DNA of 64,000 nucleotides from a virus (Duplodnaviria; Caudoviricetes): IMG/VR virus record IMGVR_UViG_3300022660_000043; one strand, 5' to 3'. Shown piece by piece: positions 60,189 to 64,000 of this stretch (position 1 is its first letter; each line of letters starts with the position of its first letter). The notes under the pieces were generated by a model. It saw only the letters and a program-made list of their open reading frames with translations, ran no database searches and was not told where the DNA came from. The position numbers and the translations under genes were made by a program.

Positions 60189-63100
60189 ATGTACAATTAT
60201 AATGAATTACAAGCAGTAGAGCTTTCTCCTACTAAAAAGGATTATTACCAAATATGGTCAGAATTAATAGATGTAGCGAGAAAGCTATCCACTCGTTGGG
60301 ATCCTTCTGCTACCAATGAATCTGACCCCGGTATTATCCTACTCAAAGTGCTTACTGCTGTTGCAGATAAGTTAGCATATAATATTGATGCAAATACTCT
60401 TGAAGCTTTTATGCCGTCTGCTGCACAAGAGTCTTCAATGAGAAAATTATGTGAGATGCTTGGTTATTCAATGCAATATTTCAAATCGGCATCTACACAA
60501 GTCAGAATTTCTTATAAGGGAATTAGTTTTCCTACTAGCGGTGTAATCTCGATTGATAGATTTACTAATATAAAAGATGCAGACTCAAAAGTAAACTATA
60601 TTACTCTACAGCCAGTTCAGCTTTCTCAGGACACTCCCTCGGTTACAGTAGATTGTCTAGAAGGCGAGTTAGTTACTTGCCAAACTGAAAATGGTACTGT
60701 AATTACGCTTAATCATCTTGATGATAATAATCGTTTTTATTTACCTGAACAACAGGTGGCTTCTAATGATAATTGTGTATTTATTTCAAATGTTACATCT
60801 CCTGTTGCCTTCTGGCCGAGTACAACTAACTTAAATACAATTCTTCTTGGCACTAGAGTTTATCAGTTTGGTTTTGACTCTAGTCGAGGCTTACCTTATG
60901 TGCAATTCCCCGAGGATATAAGTGATCTGATTGGTGAAGGACTTTATATTAGCTTTGTACGAACACACGGCGTGTCTGGTAATATTTCCGTTCGCCAGCT
61001 TAGCCAGATGGAAAAGCCTGCATCGTGGTCTTTAGAGGCTACCTCTACCACAGAAACTAAGACCGTTACTATGGCGGATGTTGTGGAAGGTACTGAAGCT
61101 GATGATTTAAGTTGGCAAGATTTAGAGCAGTATTCAATAGCTAATTTATCGAAAGCTATCAATGGTAAAAACCCAGAAACTATTGATGAGGCTTACTGGA
61201 ATTATCAAAAAACTATTGGTACTTTTGATACTCTTGTAACTTGTCGTGACTATATGAATAAAATTTACCAAATGACTAAGACGGATATTGATTCTACTCC
61301 GCTAGTTAGTAATATTATAGTAAGTGATATTCGAGACGACATTAATAGAGCCTATACTGTTTGCACATATACTGATCAAGGTTTAGAGTATGTTCATAAG
61401 CCAGAGAAAAAAATTAAAAAAGTTATTAAAGACAATAGTGAAGAAGATATTGAAGAAGACCGTATTGAATATTTTGATTTAGTACTTTATCCATTTGAGA
61501 CCATTTATGGTACGGGTACTAAAGCAGAATTTATCTCTTCATTTAAGTATACTAATCAAGTAAGTCTTAATGCTTTTGATACCAGATTGTCCGCAAACAA
61601 GACTATAGCTCATAGACTTTGTCTACCAGAATCTGGAGATATTGTATGTATAAAAATTTATTTTAGACTAAGTGCACGTTTAGCTACAACTTCTAAAGTT
61701 TCGACACTAGAAGCAATAGAAATTGAACAAGCAGCACATACTGCTTTGTATAAAGCTTTTAACATGCGTAACATGTCTTTTGGTGATGAGCTTCCATACG
61801 ATTCTATATTAAAGACTCTAACATTCGCTGATGCTAGAATTAAGAATGTAATTCTAGATGATCCTAAGATGTATGTTGTTGCATGTTACAAGAACGGCGA
61901 AGAAGTAGTTGTCATTGATGATACAAATATTTACGTGAATAGAGCTGAAGCTGAAAAGGCTCTTAACTGTTATAAAGAGCTAGTGCTTAAAAATGTTTTA
62001 GCCGGAAAAGTAGCATTATTTAATTTTAATACAGACTATTCACATAATTTTGAGGATAAGTTATATCCTACTGATGTGCTTGGCGGACTTGATGCAACTT
62101 TTAGTTTAAAAGACAATAATACTGTGGAAGATGGTACTATCTCAGCAAAAGAGCTTCACGATAAGAACTATATTAACTATGGAGTTGGAACTGTAGATGT
62201 GTCTATGGTTAGTAAATCTTCGGAAGATGGAGAGCTTTTAAGTTTTAGAGAGCTTTTAAATTCCGTAGACTCTATTTGCTTTGATCTTTATACTAAAGGG
62301 TCTCGTAAAGCTATATACACTATTTGCTATACACCTTTTTGTAGTGTATTAAATGCAGACATCAATCCTAATAGGTTAAAGCTTACTGTTTTAAAGGACG
62401 GCGTTGATATTACAAAAGGCCCAGATAGACTTTTATATTTTAGCTGTGTGCCAGATTCTTCATTAGTTGCTTTTGATAGCATTGAGCCAAAGGATTCTAA
62501 CAAGAATGTAACATTGTGCCAAATACCTTTTAACTGTTCTAACGATGAAGATGCCCCAAGTTTCGATAAAATTGGTATTCGTGTAAAGACTAAACCTGGT
62601 GTAGTTATTACAGATATTAATGAAAACTTGTCATTTAAGTTTACTTGGAATGAGGCTGTCTCTGAGACAAATAAAATTATACCGGAAGGCTCAGATAGCA
62701 TTACTCTTAATAGCGAAGAATCTAATATTGAATCTGCTACCTATCAGCCAGAGCCTGTAGGCGATGATGGCGCTATAACTATCTATTGGCCAGGTCAAAG
62801 CTCTACTACACAGAATACTTCTACAGTAGCTCCTGTAGTAGAGGTTATGCAATCAGGTTATACTGCTTGCTTAGAAGCTTGTGGCTATGGTTTTAGACAA
62901 ACATTAGGTACTTTGTCATTTGAGAAACTAAGTGATTTGGAAAGTAAGTCGGATATAGCAGTTTTAACATTTTCAGTTGGTACAAATAAATATCCTACTG
63001 GATTACGTTTAAAGCCTTTTAAGCCTAGTGGCACCAGTTTTCCCACGGTTAGTATTACCGAAGTTAGTGATGATCATTTAACATTAACGATTCAGACTGA

Positions 63101-64000
63101 TAATACTACTCAAACAAGTAAAACTTATACATTATGGGAGTTATTGACGTTTACTGCAAACCATAAAAACAAGAAATTATACATAGATATAGCTAGGTCT
63201 GATACATTATTAACTTTTGATTTTGATGCTAATGCTAATGCTGGTAGTATTTATTATAATCCTGTAACAGCTAACTACAGTGGTGTTATTGAATACTCAA
63301 TAGAACCTAATATGGCTAAGTTGGTAGGTACAGAAATAAAACTTGACTATCAAGCAAGTTTTGTGGCTAGAAAAATTTTGTGGAAAAAGATAGATAAATA
63401 TCTGTACTGTAGTGATCTTACTAATAATGAAGCTTGGCCTACAGTATTAGACAGCTCTTATAAGCAAGTCGAGCATCTACCAGAAATTTCGCTTTCTAAT
63501 AAATATTATTATACAATAGAGTCCACTAATGTTGATTGGGTAGCTACAGATTCCAAAAAAGAAACACCTCAGACTATATCTTATGATCCTTATGTTAAGC
63601 CAATGGATTGGGTAGGCACACTGCAAGCTCCTATTGTATATAATTCTGATACTAATACTTTAGAAAAAAAGGCAGAGGTTGCTGTAAAGGGAATTTCTGG
63701 CATAGAATCTGACTTAGTGATTAAGCCGGAGAATATCTCTGTAGAGGAGCCACTAGTATTAGCTAGACATGAAGTAATTCAATTTAGAGCTCCTAACTTT
63801 AAGACTGTTAATACTTATCCTGCTTATGTGAATTATTTTGTAAAGCTAAATAATGATACAGGCAGTAATGCAGCTAACAAAAGTCAAGCAGCTGTACCTG
63901 CAACTATGTGGTCGCTTAGGGACTTTTTCAATGGAGGCACTGCAGAGCATTGTAAAGTAACACCTAGTGAGTATAGATATTTCAAGTATGTTACTTTAGA
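60189..64000 (+). CDS. large baseplate wedge protein (T4 gp6/gpJ-like N-terminus), runs off window end
   Basis: Manual translation MYNYNEL..KDY..I...L......W....ESDPG..LL...A...D.L.YN.D....E.F...A.Q..S...L...LGY; GAGGAG RBS; missing from track, consistent with no stop in the window. Confidence 0.85.
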   Translation, partial: MYNYNELQAVELSPTKKDYYQIWSELIDVARKLSTRWDPSATNESDPGIILLKVLTAVADKLAYNIDANTLEAFMPSAAQESSMRKLCEMLGYSMQYFKSASTQVRISYKGISFPTSGVISIDRFTNIKDADSKVNYITLQPVQLSQDTPSVTVDCLEGELVTCQTENGTVITLNHLDDNNRFYLPEQQVASNDNCVFISNVTSPVAFWPSTTNLNTILLGTRVYQFGFDSSRGLPYVQFPEDISDLIGEGLYISFVRTHGVSGNISVRQLSQMEKPASWSLEATSTTETKTVTMADVVEGTEADDLSWQDLEQYSIANLSKAINGKNPETIDEAYWNYQKTIGTFDTLVTCRDYMNKIYQMTKTDIDSTPLVSNIIVSDIRDDINRAYTVCTYTDQGLEYVHKPEKKIKKVIKDNSEEDIEEDRIEYFDLVLYPFETIYGTGTKAEFISSFKYTNQVSLNAFDTRLSANKTIAHRLCLPESGDIVCIKIYFRLSARLATTSKVSTLEAIEIEQAAHTALYKAFNMRNMSFGDELPYDSILKTLTFADARIKNVILDDPKMYVVACYKNGEEVVVIDDTNIYVNRAEAEKALNCYKELVLKNVLAGKVALFNFNTDYSHNFEDKLYPTDVLGGLDATFSLKDNNTVEDGTISAKELHDKNYINYGVGTVDVSMVSKSSEDGELLSFRELLNSVDSICFDLYTKGSRKAIYTICYTPFCSVLNADINPNRLKLTVLKDGVDITKGPDRLLYFSCVPDSSLVAFDSIEPKDSNKNVTLCQIPFNCSNDEDAPSFDKIGIRVKTKPGVVITDINENLSFKFTWNEAVSETNKIIPEGSDSITLNSEESNIESATYQPEPVGDDGAITIYWPGQSSTTQNTSTVAPVVEVMQSGYTACLEACGYGFRQTLGTLSFEKLSDLESKSDIAVLTFSVGTNKYPTGLRLKPFKPSGTSFPTVSITEVSDDHLTLTIQTDNTTQTSKTYTLWELLTFTANHKNKKLYIDIARSDTLLTFDFDANANAGSIYYNPVTANYSGVIEYSIEPNMAKLVGTEIKLDYQASFVARKILWKKIDKYLYCSDLTNNEAWPTVLDSSYKQVEHLPEISLSNKYYYTIESTNVDWVATDSKKETPQTISYDPYVKPMDWVGTLQAPIVYNSDTNTLEKKAEVAVKGISGIESDLVIKPENISVEEPLVLARHEVIQFRAPNFKTVNTYPAYVNYFVKLNNDTGSNAANKSQAAVPATMWSLRDFFNGGTAEHCKVTPSEYRYFKYVTL

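Noticed and set aside
1-64000. Genome-wide stop-codon reassignment (code 4 or 15), prompted by the in-frame TGA at 15010 and TAG near 44014
   Set aside because: Long structural genes are uninterrupted in code 11, ATGA stop/start overlaps are common (8607, 8834, 9579, 13601, 32705, 56996), and the 44 kb lesion is better explained by a 4-bp duplication
1-64000. tRNA or rRNA genes
   Set aside because: No cloverleaf or T-loop signature recognised in intergenic DNA by eye; the 16S-tail match at 24445-24457 is only 13 nt. tRNAscan-SE would settle this

Overview
Segment of a large, probably lytic myovirus-type phage with T4-like baseplate genes, using genetic code 11. SigA-type promoters, AGGAGG RBSs and an anaerobic RNR suggest an anaerobic Bacillota host. 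Positions 1-49.9 kb are almost entirely minus-strand: nrdD, a Dam-family methylase, ATP-dependent DNA ligase, a sigma-factor-like protein, a wHTH initiator-like protein, an SNF2-like helicase and over 100 small hypothetical genes. 40.3-42.0 kb is a 1.7 kb non-coding, repeat- and hairpin-rich, origin-like region. 50-64 kb is a plus-strand tail/baseplate operon. Three promoter motif classes are visible by eye: (1) 15 copies of a ~75-bp SigA promoter element, often with a co-varying stem-loop, dividing 14.5-33.6 kb into cassettes; (2) YGTATWATATWATA; (3) TGCTAAATTAT. Best leads: the cassette array, a 3-unit ~97-nt structured repeat array at 15.2-15.5 kb, small RNAs carrying anti-Shine-Dalgarno/anti-AUG sequence, late-promoter islands encoding probable capsid-packaged proteins (a ferritin-like/FIVAR-repeat giant and a frameshifted ADP-ribosyltransferase-like gene), a 17-bp palindromic array, and a +1/-2 frameshift in the tail chaperone gene. 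All family assignments are by motif recognition; no searches were run.
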